A stretch of DNA of 32,481 nucleotides, taken from positions 4,838,886 to 4,871,366 of the forward strand of contig JARFOE010000004.1 in NCBI GenBank assembly GCA_031763465.1, written 5' to 3'. Below are positions 1-11,378 of the stretch, one piece after another (within the stretch, counting starts at the first letter, position 1; the number at the start of each line of letters is the position of its first letter). This stretch comes from Squatina squatina. Lineage: Eukaryota. The translations under genes were made by a program, and so were the position numbers. A model generated the notes under the pieces. That model did not search any database. It saw only the letters and a program-made list of their open reading frames with translations, and was not told where the DNA came from.

Positions 1-1379
1 AGATCAATGTCATGTTCACAATCTGGATCCTACACCTGAACCTGATGGATTATGATCTGTTTTATCAGGAATAAGCATGTTTCCAAAATCCAGCACATTG
101 AGGAAAGCACCAGCTCCATAAGTTTTTGTAGATTCCCCAGATACCTGCTGTGTTAATATACTCAGGAAATTAGTAAAAGGAATGTAGGGGATGATGCAAA
201 ATGGGGAATATCAACAATGGCTCATTCCCGGACCAGGACGAGATTAATACCAAGTTATTATTTTCCTCAAAATTCCCATGTAGCTGAAGCCATGCTACAA
301 GTCATTTTCTGCTACTTGTTGCAGGAGAAATTAAAAGCACAAAATGTCCCAAGTTTGAGAGGGAATACACCATTCCATATACTAATGTGAAACTGTGACT
401 ATTCATTATTAAAATTTTTAAAGTGTACTTTTGTTGTTTCTACAAGGAATTTATGCTCAAAATTATAGATTTAGCTATTGATGAATTGAATAATTTTCTA
501 CTTTTTATGTAAGATTTAGGTACAGGACCAATCTTCCTCTACAAAGCCTCATTTCTCCTCAAACTGTTAAATCAGTGAAATAGTTTTATTTCTACACGTG
601 GCCTCTTTGAGCAAGACTGAAAATTACTATTAACTAAGGCAGGTTTTTTTGTAGAGTCCTATCACTGGGTGCTAGATTAATATTGCCCAAACTAATTTCA
701 TCCAGTAAAACTTAAAAAAAAATTAGTCAAGTAATCAATTCCTCACAGACCGGTAAATTCAGTCCAGATTTGGATTTAATATTTCTCACGCAATTTTGTA
801 ACATCTCTCACCACATTATTGGAATTAAGTTACTAAATATTAAACTAAATTATTAATTCATATTAAATGATGCTAATCTTAAAGTATGCTAAATTGTGTA
901 CAGCCCCCTGGGCCAAATTGGTTCTGTTGTGAATGTTGTGATTTGAACTCACAAAGTAATATATATACATATATATATATAAAATAAACTCATTTAGTTG
1001 TGATAGCCAGCAGGTCCCCTCCGATTTGTACGTGATGAAACACCAGCCAATATGAAGGCACAAGACTTCCTTATTTGTTTATCAGATCAAATCATTGCCT
1101 CAGTGCCAAACAGATTGCTGAACATGGTTAGCAATAACAACACAGTCTGCTTGGGTGCAAAAATAGGATGGTATCCAGGCAATCTGAGTTAAAGTTGCAG
1201 ATGTCTATTTACACGTATACAAGCCAAGAGCATTAATTTTGCCAATTCACTTAATGTCTTTGTAACTAGTTGACCTTCCTTGGTGTTGCTCACGAATCCA
1301 AGTGATTGGGCTCTCCTCGCTGCTGGTGAATGATGCCCAGTGTAATGTGAGTAGATATGGATTCTTTGTGTTCTACCTG

Positions 1380-2230
1380 GAAGGTTATAACTATCAGGAA
1401 AGGCTGAGCAGGCAGGTACTTCTTTCTCTAGAAAGAAAGAAAGACTTGCATTTATATAACACCTTTCACGACCACCGGACATCTCAAAGTGCTTTACAGC
1501 CAATGAAGCAATTTTCGAGTGTGGCCACAGTTGCAATGTGGGAAATGCAGCAGCCAATTTGTGCACAGCAAGCTCCCACAAACAACAATGTGATAATGAC
1601 CAGATAATCTGTTTTTGTTATGTTGGTTGAGGGGTCAACATTGACGAGGACACCGGGGATAACAGCCCTGTTCTTCTTCGAAATAGCAGCATGGGATCTT
1701 TTCCATCCACCTGAGAGGGCAGATGGGGCCTTGATTTAACGTCTCATCCAAATGACGGATGCATCAAAAGCCCTGCGGTAATTGTTAAGAGGTTGAGGCA
1801 GTTGTGGTTACCCTGCCTATTTTGTGTTACTCAGCCAACACCAAAATGTTATCTGGAAAAAAAAGACTGAGGTGTGGCCTCGTCAAGATCTTTAAGACTA
1901 TAAAAGGGTTTGATAGGGCAGATGTAGAGAAGGTGTTTCCACTTGTGGGGGAGACCAAAATTAGAGGCCATCAATAGAAGATTTTCACCAATAAATTCCA
2001 TAGGGAATTCAGGAGAGTGGTTAGAATTTGGAACTCGCTACCANNNNNNNNNNGATGCATTTAAAGGGAAGCTAGATAAACACACGAGGGAGGAAGGGAT
2101 AGAAGGATATGCTGATAGGATTAGATAAATAGGGTAGGAGGAGGCTCATGTGGAGCACAAACACCGGCACAGACCAGTTGGGGCTGAATGGCCTGTTTCT
2201 GTGCTGTAAATTCTATGTACTTCTATATAC
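1380..2230 (+). mobile_element. CR1-type LINE 3' fragment (ORF2 C-terminus and 3' tail), interrupted by a SINE
   Basis: 1380-1435 reads GYNYQERLSRQVLLSLE. It resumes near 1853 as LEKKRLRCGLVKIFKTIKGFDRADVEK and later DAFKGKLDKH, matching the CR1 ORF2 end pattern YxERLxxLGLFSLExRRLRGD. It ends in GAATGGCCTGTTTCTGTGCTGTAAATTCTATGT. Confidence 0.85.
1429..1758 (-). mobile_element. Deu-domain SINE (SacSINE1/AmnSINE1-like), 5'-truncated
   Basis: Collinear with the copies at 10914-11378 and 14790-15231. It has the Deu core (GGGATCTTTT..CCACCTGAGAGGGCAGATGGGGCC..TTTAACGTCTCATCC on +) and an L2-like tail TATATAAATGCAAGTC(TTTC)n on the minus strand. Confidence 0.85.
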
Positions 2231-2516
2231 CTGCTTATTCCCTCTGCCTGTAATCTTTTCCATCTGTCTGCCTCTCTCTCTCAGGCTTTTATTTAAGTTT
2301 AAAATTCTTCCTCACTGAAGAAAGTAACTCAAGCCAAGAGCGTGTTGCAGTTGCAGCTGAATTAGCACTTGGTTTAAGGACTTCTTTTGGCCATAGTCGC
2401 ATCCTTTTTGCTTTCCATTATTTTTTCCTCAACCACATGAATGAAGAAATAATTAAAGTCGAGAACCAAACTGGAGCTGTGCCACATTCCTGACTTTATT
2501 TAATGCTTTCTTTCAG

Positions 2517-2568
2517 CAAATAACCCGAAATAAGCGCAGAATCCAACATAGCAGCTTTGAGTGGTTAG
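2517..2568 (+). CDS. Candidate internal exon of an unidentified gene (QITRNKRRIQHSSFEWL)
   Basis: Acceptor tgctttctttcag and donor AG|gtgagg. Only one of three frames is open. No protein recognised. Confidence 0.35.
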
Positions 2569-3042
2569 GTGAGGGTGTGATTTGTCCCTGGTGTCATGTG
2601 GTTAATATGAGTCAATCAANNNNNNNNNNNNNNNNNNNNNNNNNNNNNNNNNNNNNNNNNNNNNNNNNNNNNNNNNNNNNNNNNNNNNNNNNNNNNNNNN
2701 NNNNNNNNNNNNNNNNNNNACTCGCCCAGCAACCTGGACTGATACAGCTGAATTTCAAATTCAAATATTTTCTGTCTGATATTAAGGCACAGTGACAGCA
2801 CATTATTCAGTAGCTCCCTCAAGCATAGAGCAGCCTTTGTTGCCCAGTACTTTTTTTTATTTCCAGCAACACTACATTCATTTTTCATCTTAACAACTCT
2901 GCGTCCACCACACATTTAGATGACAGTAGTTTTTCATCAGCTAACCTTACATTTACTTGTGCAGGGTCCTGAAGAGATACCTGTTCTTAATTAACTGCTG
3001 CTGTCCAATAACTGAAATTGTGAAAGATCGCAGTGGTCTTTC

Positions 3043-3238
3043 AACAGCAACAAATTGCATTTTTATAGCGCCTTTAACATAGTACTATGCCCAAGGTGCT
3101 TCACAGGAGCATTATCAAACAAAATCAGGGCAGATGAGTTAAGTTTTAAGGACCATCTTAAAGAAGGAAAGAGAGGTAGAGAGACGGAGAGGTTTAGGGA
3201 GGGAATTCCAGAGCTTAGGGCCAAGGCAGCTGAAGGCA
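3043..3238 (-). mobile_element. L2 LINE 3' end
   Basis: The minus strand reads AFSCLGPKLWNSLPKPLRLSTSLSFFKMVLKT followed by the tail AAAGGCGCTATAAAATGCAA.TTGTTG. Same family as 28575-28790. Confidence 0.85.
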
Positions 3239-3411
3239 CATAGAAACACAGAAAATAGGAGCAGGAGTAGGCCACTTGGCCCTTCAGGCCTGCTCCGCCA
3301 TTCAATATGATCATGGCTGATCATCTAATTCAGGACCCTGTTCCCGCTTTCTCCTCCCGTGATCCCTTTAGCATTAAGAAATATATCTATTTCCTTCTTG
3401 AATATATTTAA
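3238..3411 (-). mobile_element. CR1/HER1-type LINE 3' end abutting the L2 fragment
   Basis: CATAGAAACACAGAAAATAGGAGCAGGAGTAGGCCA.T.GGCCCTTC is the reverse complement of a CR1 3' stem plus (TTCTATGT)n tail. Similar ends occur at 16860 and 26200. Confidence 0.8.
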
Positions 3412-4319
3412 NNNNNNNNNNNNNNNNNNNNNNNNNNNNNNNNNNNNNNNNNNNNNNNNNNNNNNNNNNNNNNNNNNNNNNNNNNNNNNNNNNNNNNNNN
3501 NNNNNNNNNNNCTGATGATTTTCCAGGTAAAGACATTAATATCATCTCAATAATGCATTAAATGCCCTCTTTTGAGTGAAGACAAGAATGGGTTTCCATG
3601 TAATACGCACATGTTGATGGGATATTTAATGTGTAGGAAAATTCAACGGTCCGAGAGCTAGGCATTTAGACAGTCTATAGTGGGAAGAGATCTTACCTCA
3701 TTAATCTCCGTTACATTGTCATGAGAGACATGCTAACACAAACAAGTCAATTAAGAGTTTTGCGTTTAGTAAGATCAAGCTTATAGGATAGTTTAAAATC
3801 CATTTATTGCTCTAACATTTTCTGCATTAAAGTTTACTAAAGATGAGTCAAGTAAACAGGTTAGCATGTTAACTTCTTTTTAAAGTTATTTACATCCACT
3901 GGGTGTTAATACAGCTTTTATATTCTTACACAATGTAAAGTCTTAAAAAACCAACTAAGGGTTCGTTTTGGTTTATATTGTAGCAAACAGTTTAGGCATT
4001 TCCTGCAGAACAAAAGAGGCAGACATTTAAGAACTAGAATAAAATAATTCCAAATTTTAGTTCTTTACAAAAGAGTTCAGCTTTATTGACAGATTATGGC
4101 AAAATGTATTTGACAAATTAAAGTCACCTATTTAGATAAGCTTACACATGGAACNNNNNNNNNNNNNNNNNNNNNNNNNNNNNNNNNNNNNNNNNNNNNN
4201 NNNNNNNNNNNNNNNNNNNNNNNNNNNNNNNNNNNNNNNNNNNNNNNNNNNNNNGCACAGCAAGACTCCGGGCGAGGAGGCAAATAACTGTATTGCGGCT
4301 GTTGCACTAAACCCACGTC

Positions 4320-4432
4320 TTACACAACTTAACCCTTGAAGTCCGGTATCTTTCTGGTAAACCTGCACTGCACTCCCTCCAAGGCCAATACGTTCTTCCT
4401 GAGGTGTAGTGCCCAGAACTGCTCACAGTACT
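4320..4432 (-). mobile_element. CR1 LINE reverse-transcriptase fragment
   Basis: The minus strand reads QYCEQFWALHLRKNVLALEGVQCRFTRKIPDFKG, matching the CR1 pattern EYCVQFWSPxLRKDxxALExVQRRFTRxIP. Confidence 0.85.
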
Positions 4433-5036
4433 GGAGGACATCTGGTGTCCGTAGTGTTAATGCTTTCAGGGGAAGAGGTGAGTTGAGGAAACATGGGGCA
4501 GAGAAGAAAATGGTGCTACACGTGGATGGTATTATTTTAGGCAACACACTAATATATCTCCAGCAGTGCACCGAACGAGTGTGCACATTGGCACTTTAAG
4601 GTTGATGCTCTGAATGTAGAAAAGAATGATTGATAGGTGCATGCTTTAAGATGATTTTGTTACTGCATTCAGTTGATGTATCCAGTCCATTCAAACCAAG
4701 CAGTGTGCTTCTAAGGCATCCACAATGCAGGCACTCAGGGGTAAAGGATGCAATTACACCATACCTCATTTACTAGCGGTATTACGAGGTGATGAGATAC
4801 TTGCTTCCCTGTTCAGCTGGGCGTAAGGGCTTTCCGCAGAGGTCAGAAATGACTCGTTGATTATGCAGACAGATAAGCAATCCTCCTCTGATACTCTGTG
4901 ACTGACAGTGTATAACTGACTGTCACCAGATTTGCCAGAGCATCACAAGCTGATTGCTCTTCTGATATCCACCCCGCCCTCCTGACAGACAGTTTCTGCC
5001 TGTGAGTTTTTCTTTCGATGGCCCAACAGAGACCTG

Positions 5037-5550
5037 GTGGCCAAAATTGGCCTCCTTTAACATCCCATTAGTGCCTCCGAGGGGCGCTAATAGGATGTTA
5101 AGAAAAAATGACGTCGGGAGGTGACCATCTCGCCTTTGCGCCTGCCCAGCTGAATTTCGCAGTGGGTCGGTGCGTGACATCATCAAGACACGCGCTGACC
5201 CGCACCACGCAGCCGCAACCCCTTTGGCAGCCTGTGGGTGGAATTCATCCGCGGGAAGCGGCTGCAGCGGCAGTGAAACCTGTCACTGCAGCAGCCCTTT
5301 TAAAGGAGGGCCTGTGCGCCTGCGGCTGAAAGATGGCGGCCCGCGGCTAGATCGGACCACTTCTGACGTCGCTAGCGTGGCGCACAACCCAAGTCCAGCA
5401 GCGTAAGAAGGCAGCCGCCCCAGTTCTGCCCAGGAGCGCACTGCGATCAATTCTGCGGCAGGCAGGGTGCGGCAGGGCGGGCGATAGTGCGAAAAATGCT
5501 GGCTCCCATCTCGTGAGCAGCCCAACGGGGCGCGAATCAATTTCGGCTCT
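5037..5550. mobile_element. Non-autonomous Harbinger-type DNA transposon (MITE) with 3-bp CTG target duplication
   Basis: Left end GTGGCCAAAATTG and right end CAATTTCGGCTCT (revcomp AGAGCCGAAATTG). CTG lies at 5034-5036 and 5551-5553. The interior is GC/CpG-rich and non-coding. Confidence 0.7.
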
Positions 5551-5553
5551 CTG

Positions 5554-5852
5554 GCACCTCGTCTACTTAGCCTTTCTTCATACATCAGTCTAGACAGTGG
5601 GTGGTGACCCAGTCTATTCAACTATTCAACACGGAGTCCATTGTGTTGTCAGCCAATGTCCACATACCCGCATTTTCCAGCAGGAATTACTGGATGGTGA
5701 TAACGAGCAAGAACCCTATCTGAATTTTCCAGGCACACAAAGAAAAACTGTAACATTCCCGCCTCAGTACAGATGAAGGATGGAAACTCTGATCTATGCA
5801 TCTATATGCCTCAGACAATTTGGTATGCATTCACTTAGTGAGCTGTCAGGCG
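5554..5852 (-). mobile_element. Old SINE-like repeat with degenerate tRNA-like head
   Basis: The minus-strand start (CAGCTCACTAAGTGAATGCA...CTGAGGCATATAGA) resembles the plus-strand heads at 13255-13325 and 25595-25670. Confidence 0.4.
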
Positions 5853-5869
5853 AGTTAAAGGACACCCTT

Positions 5870-5875
5870 TTTAAT
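5870..5875 (-). promoter_or_regulatory. Candidate polyadenylation signal (ATTAAA) for KHDRBS2
   Basis: ATTAAA on the minus strand about 480 nt after the stop codon, at the end of an AU-rich repeat-free stretch. Confidence 0.25.
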
Positions 5876-6354
5876 TAAATTTTACAAATTAAATATTGAA
5901 CATCTTAAACTGACAAATATTTAAAAGACAGTTTAAAACAACTTATCTACAGCTTGTTTATCGCCTATTTCCAAAGAAAAATCTTGTACAGTCGTCCATT
6001 ACCCCTAAACAAGCATTCACCTTTAACTGGTGGGTTTGGAAACTTAAAACTTGTCACCAGTTCATGCTAGTTGAACATACTTCTACACATTGAACAATGA
6101 AAAAACAATTAAAAGGAACAGCATCCTTGTTTCATGGTCTGTGGACTGACTTGTCCATTCTATGAGTTACTGTCATAAAATAATGCCAACTTCTCTTCAA
6201 AGTTTTAGGAAATAGGAGTGCACAAGGGTACCCAAGAGAAGCTATCCCTAGGCAAGAAAATAAATGAACTATTACTTTTCTTGTAGTTGTTTATATGATG
6301 ACCACAGGACACTCATGTAGTCATTGTGCTGGGGTCATGGGACAAGGGCTGCCT

Positions 6355-6449
6355 TCAATATCTACCATAGGGGTGTTCTCTGTAGGTCCCTCTTGACCTC
6401 GAGATTGGTGCCTTTAAGCTCGGTCGGGACGCAACCCACTCTTCTTGAC
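6355..6449 (-). CDS. KHDRBS2: KHDRBS2 (SLM-1) last coding exon: (G)QEEWVASRPSLKAPISRSRGTYREHPYGRY*
   Basis: Branch point ACTAAC, polypyrimidine tract and AG acceptor on the minus strand. It ends in the KHDRBS-family C-terminal PY-NLS YREHPYGRY followed by a stop. Paralog assignment rests on the two upstream exons. Confidence 0.92.
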
Positions 6450-6796
6450 CTTGGGAACAGAAAAGAAAATGTTAGTCCTGATTGAAAATGAAGACTCAAT
6501 GAAACATGGCTATTCCAGGGATTAAAGCAAGATATAAGTGAATTGGTCACATCTATACGAGCGTTATTGCTTATTGGCTTAAGGGGAGAGAAACTATTTC
6601 AAGATGGTGGCGAATTGTTCTCTGGGAAAAAGTTTGTTAAAAGCTTTCCCTGCGACCACTAAAAGTTTTGGTAACCCACCTGCAGAATAAGCAATGGTCA
6701 AAGATTAAGGCATTAATAAAATAGTTGTCGAGGGGATTAGGCAAAGGAGAAGCTTTGAAGCCTATAAAGGCAACAAAGAAACAAATTTGAGATCTA

Positions 6797-7537
6797 GGCT
6801 TGGAGATTATGCTCGGCTGCACTGCTTTTTTCAGCACAATTTGCCTGAAATCGTCATAAACCAGTGCAAAATAATTTTAAACACAAATTACATTCAGCAG
6901 AACTTGAGTCCTCCGCGATCTTTTGTGCTGGTTTAAAAAACATCACATTGGAAACTGGCCCCACCCACAAAACTGGCCACACCCCCAGACTGAACTAATT
7001 ATCATGGCGAGTTTCCACTAATTGCACTCGTTTGCGGGCCTTCGAGGAGTCTCTGAAAATTAAGCTGGATCTTTTAGATGCTAGGACACTAATAGGCACG
7101 TTTTAAAAGATTTTGAATTGATACATTCTTAAATATTTACGAAGAAACTGACTACTGCACCCCAATATAACTGGCAAATGGTTCTGCATATTTTTTAAAG
7201 TCATTTTCAGTTATTGAAAATTCAGTTGCTCGCAGATGGTGGATTGACACTCTGATTAAAAATACATACTTTTTGTGATAAGCCCATTTTCAGATTTGTG
7301 AATAAAACAGCACCACTCTTAAATATATCAAGGAATATTTTTTAAAGCAAAATTAAAACAAAAACTACATTCTAAAATGCTGCCTGGTTGCACTGGTTGA
7401 TGGAAGATTTTACATTAGGCGATATGCAAATGAGTTTGAGCGGAAACTCGAGAAAAAATACTTCTCAAAACAAGCACAATTTTGGGCGCAATTTGCGCCT
7501 GGATCGCCGACTGCACCCAAAGTGGAAACTCTACTGC
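6797..7537. mobile_element. Degenerate MITE-like DNA transposon (Harbinger-type ends)
   Basis: Left GGCTTGGAGATTATGCTCGGCTGCA versus revcomp of right GCAGTAGAGTTTCCACTTTGGGTGCA. CTA lies on both flanks. AT-rich core with CpG-bearing arms. Confidence 0.5.
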
Positions 7538-7759
7538 CTACTGTTGGTGGCAATGAAATATTTGAGGGCCCTGGGATGTTGAACCCACTATTCCCCAATG
7601 CCAGTGCCTTAAACGTTAGGAGCAAGGATGGGGAGGTCAGAATCTTTCGCACTGGGACTGCCCGATTAGAAAAAATGATTGTCAGTTTTCAGCGCTGTCT
7701 TCTCAGCATAGAGTGGAGTGGAAAAATCCTCTTATCTTTCTAAAGACTGAGTTTTGTCG

Positions 7760-8066
7760 ATGCCTTCTCTCCTTCTTTCCCTCTCTCTCTCCTTTGCTCA
7801 AGTTCTCTCCTTCTCCCTGGTTCTCTCCATCTCTCTCTCTCCTTCTCTCCTCTCTGGTTATCTGCCTCTCTCTCTCTTTCTGGTTATCTCCCTCTCTCTC
7901 CTTTGGCCTGTTTCTCTCCTTTTCTCTGGTTCTCTCCATCACTCACTCCATCTCTCATTCTCTCCTTCTCTCTGCTTCTCTCCTCTCTCTCCTTTGCTCT
8001 GGTTCTCTCCTCTCTGGCTATCTACCTGTCACTCTCCTTCTCTCTGCTTCTTTTCTTCTCTCTGGT
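7760..8066. repeat. CT-rich degenerate simple repeat
   Basis: Runs of (CT)n with recurring CTCTCTGGTTATCT units, extending to the gap. Confidence 0.9.
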
Positions 8067-8494
8067 NNNNNNNNNNNNNNNNNNNNNNNNNNNNNNNNNN
8101 NNNNNNNNNNNNNNNNNNNNNNNNNNNNNNNNNNNNNNNNNNNNNNNNNNNNNNNNNNNNNNNNNNTAGCTTAAAATCTGTAAGCCGGTTCTTGCTTTCC
8201 ATTTTCTAAAATGCTGAGAAGCTGCACATTTAAGTTAGATGTTTTATTGTCAGTGAAAGTTGCAGTTGATTCTTAATATCAATAACAGTGAAACACTCTC
8301 AAGATGTTATCAGAGCCACAGCAGTATTAAATCTTCCCACAGTATCTACCCTTTCTGATGTAGTATCATAATATCATTGTTATATCTGTTTATTTTGTCT
8401 GTTACTTCACCCACACTGGAGTTGTAATTAATTTTTTAAAAAGCAATATTTGGCAGTGCTAGTAACCTGTTCTTTTTATCATTTTCATCGACAG

Positions 8495-8595
8495 AATGAC
8501 TCCATCCCTCAAGAAAATTTCACAGCTGAAGCATTCCGAGCCTTCTTGAATAATATTTGTCCTCGGCCTGAAATTGACAGCATCTTTTCAGAATA
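8495..8595 (+). CDS. PLCB1: Phospholipase C beta exon (EF-hand region): [33 protein letters not shown]
   Basis: Acceptor ttttcatcgacag, donor TA|gtaag, 101 nt, open frame. It closely matches recalled PLCB1 [34 protein letters not shown]. Confidence 0.9.
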
Positions 8596-9164
8596 GTAAG
8601 AAATCCATTTTCTTGTTTGATTCAGTGTTGGGCGTTTGGTAAGTTCTGTCTGACTTTGTGTTTGGTCTTCAAGCTCTTTTGTGACTGCAATATTGATGAC
8701 TTATAATAAGTCCTTCCTTGTACATGTGTTTCTCTTATGCTGCGCTGTGCAAATACAGATCTTGCGGCTTGTTCTCACAAGATTAGATGGTTGGCCAGAG
8801 TCTATTGTAGATTGGATTGTGTCTGGTCTTTGGAAGGATCTGTCTTGTTGTGCCAAATAGCCTTTTTATTTGTCCCATGCTTTGTTCTATTCTGAAAGTC
8901 TTCATTTACAGATGTGTGGTCAATGACTTTTCATACAGCCTCACTTCTTGCCATAGCCAGGAATGATCTGCGCCAAATACTGGACTAAATTTCCACTTCA
9001 CTAGCCATTGGTGAATTTTCCTGCTTAAGCAAATGCGTTGCATTTTCATTTTTGCTCTTTACACTTTTTAAATTTGTTACAGATGGGATTGGTGATGCAA
9101 TGAAATTATTCCATTGTTCCTCTTTACTAAGCTGTGGCGAAGATTTTGTATGAGTACCAGGTGT

Positions 9165-9350
9165 AGTTACATAGAATTATGCAGAATATACAACACAGAA
9201 ACAGGCCATTAGACCCAATCAGTCCATGCCAGCATTTATGCTCCACTCAAGCATCCTTCCTCATCTAACTCTATCAGTATAACCCTCTATTCCCTATACC
9301 CTCATATGCTTATCTAGCTTCCACTTAAATGTATCTTTACTATTTGCCTT
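9165..9350 (-). mobile_element. CR1 LINE 3' end
   Basis: Reverse complement of the family seen at 2054-2230 (ACAGAAACAGGCCATT...CTCATATGCTTATCTAGCTTCC). Confidence 0.8.
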
Positions 9351-9358
9351 AAAAATTA

Positions 9359-9808
9359 TGGGCCCTAATTGGTGTGCGCCAAATTCTTGGGGAGAATTGG
9401 TCCGGGGCTTGGTATTTTTGCGCCGGCCCCGAACTCATGTCTTAAGTCCCCCATTGGGGTCTTTGCCTGTTTTACAAGGCAGTGCTAACAAAGCGCTGAC
9501 CCGGCACTCAGCCAGCAATTGCGGCCTAGCATCGGTAACGTGGCTAGTGCCACATTGCCAATGCCAGCGCACTTGCATCAGTCGCAGCCCTGCCCCCTGC
9601 GTTAAAGGGTAGGGTCGCCAGCTGAGGCGACAGAGCCCCAGGGCCCACCACTGGACCGCCAGGGAACGGGTGGGGGATGGAAAAGGCCAGCATGCAAGAG
9701 AGCGTGCCGGCAAATGGCAGCAGCAGTGCTGGGGGCCAATCGACCACCAGCCGGTCGACTGATGTAAAAAAAAATGGCGGTCAACTGTGTTAGCACCTCC
9801 CCTTTAAC
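9359..9808. mobile_element. GC-rich Harbinger-type MITE fragment
   Basis: Begins GGGCCCTAATTGG, like the other element ends in this window. The interior is CpG-rich with CCCCTTTAA/TTAAAGGG motifs as in 5037-5550. No right end found. Confidence 0.45.
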
Positions 9809-9809
9809 A

Positions 9810-10090
9810 CAGATTGAAGGTGATTATCAAAAGGTCCAGAGGTGAGATGAGGATTTTTTTTTATGCAGCGAGTTTTTGTGATCTGGAATGCATTGACTAA
9901 AAGTGTGGTGAAAGCGGATTCAGTAGTAACTTTCAAAAGGGAAACGGATAAATATTTGAAAAGGAAATAAATTGCAGGGCAATGGGGAAAGAGCAGAGGA
10001 ATGGGATAAATAAGATACCTCTACCAAAGAGGCAGCACAGGCGTAATGGGTCAAATGGCCTCCTTCTGTGCTGTATCATTCTATGAGTAT
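9810..10090 (+). mobile_element. CR1 LINE 3' end (second subfamily)
   Basis: Decayed RNFFxQRVVxIWNAL...FKRExDKYL segment, ending AATGGCCTCCTTCTGTGCTGTATCATTCTATGA. Confidence 0.8.
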
Positions 10091-10533
10091 ATGATCAGAT
10101 GAAAGCTTGTGTAGGCCCTATTATAAAGCCCCCCAAAATTTTATTGCCGGAAGTAATCGATCCCAGGAGATGAATNNNNNNNNNNNNNNNNNNNNNNNNN
10201 NNNNNNNNNNNNNNNNNNNNNNNNNNNNNNNNNNNNNNNNNNNNNNNNNNNNNNNNNNNNNNNNNNNNNNNNNNNAACTGCCATGATCTAATTGAACGGC
10301 GGAAGAGGCTTGAGGGCCCGAATTGCCTCTTCCTGTTTCTAAAATTGAGAATGGGTGAGGTTGATGGGGACAGTCTATATTCCCGACAATTTAGGTGCAA
10401 AGATGATTACGTGTATTCATTCATTCATTTACTTTCTTATTTCTTAAATAATTTGACTTCTTTCTTTAATATTGTAAAGTAGTCAGGAGAAATATGGAAC
10501 TGCAGGACAATTTGTTCCATTCATTTTACTTAC

Positions 10534-10616
10534 CTCTCCACTTGACTTGCATAGCTATTATCATAGGTGTCGTAGCTTTGTTCATCATATTCTCCTCCAT
10601 AGCCATCATCATATCC
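10534..10616 (-). CDS. KHDRBS2: KHDRBS2 tyrosine-rich exon: GYDDGYGGEYDEQSYDTYDNSYASQVE
   Basis: Acceptor ctatctctccag, donor AG|gtaagt, 83 nt. It matches recalled KHDRBS2 GYDDGYGGEYDDQTYETYDNSYATQTQS. Confidence 0.93.
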
Positions 10617-10913
10617 CTGGAGAGATAGCAACACACAAACTGATCAAATTATATCCAGCAGTATACTAATTGGATGCATGATCATTTCTAACCCTCTTTA
10701 AATGTGAAAAGTGCATTGACAGAATTATAAACATAGCAGGACTTAACAATAATCTTTTGGGTGAGAGCAAAATGCATTAAAACACAACAGCATGATTATA
10801 CGATGGCTGTGGATTGGTTGTGGTATCAGTTTTGGTGAGAAAATACCCAGCTGTGTTGGTGCCACAATGATTAATATTCAGTACCTTAAGCATAGTTTTC
10901 AATAAAAGGAAGA

Positions 10914-11378
10914 CAGACAGAAAGAAAGAGTTTGCATTTCTATAGCTCCTTTCACGAACTCAGGACATCTCAAAGCGCTTTACAGCTAATTAAGTACTTT
11001 TGGAGTGTAGTCACTGTTGTAATGTCGGAAATGCAGCAGCCAATTTGCGCACAGCAAGGTTCCACAACAGCAATGTGATATTGACCAGATAATCTTTTAG
11101 TGATGTTGTTTGAGGGATATAGCCAGGACACCGGGGATAACTCCTCTGTTCTTTTTCAAAACAGTGCTACGGGATCTTTTACACCCGTCTGAGAGAGCAG
11201 ATGGGACCTCGGTTTAACGTCTCATCCAAAAGACAGCACCTGTGACAGCACAGCGCTCCCTCAGTACTGCACTGGAGTGCTAGCCTAGATTATGTGCTCA
11301 AATCTCTGGAGTGGGATTTGAATCACAAGCTTTTGACTCAGAGGCGAGTGTGCTGCCCGCTGAGCCACAGCCATCACA
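10914..11378 (-). mobile_element. Full-length Deu-domain tRNA-SINE (SacSINE1-like)
   Basis: The minus-strand head has an A box TGGCTCAGCGG and a B-box-like GATTCAAATCC, followed by the Deu core, an L2-like tail and (TTTC)n. Confidence 0.88.

Noticed and set aside
5108-5621. Overlapping ORFs and CpG-island-like composition
   Set aside because: They lie within a TIR-bounded MITE. GC richness explains the lack of stops.
7703-8209. Long ORFs rich in S/L/F or E/R
   Set aside because: They are translations of the CT-rich simple repeat plus the N gap.
11310-11378. tRNA gene
   Set aside because: It is the tRNA-derived SINE head, continuous with the SINE body.
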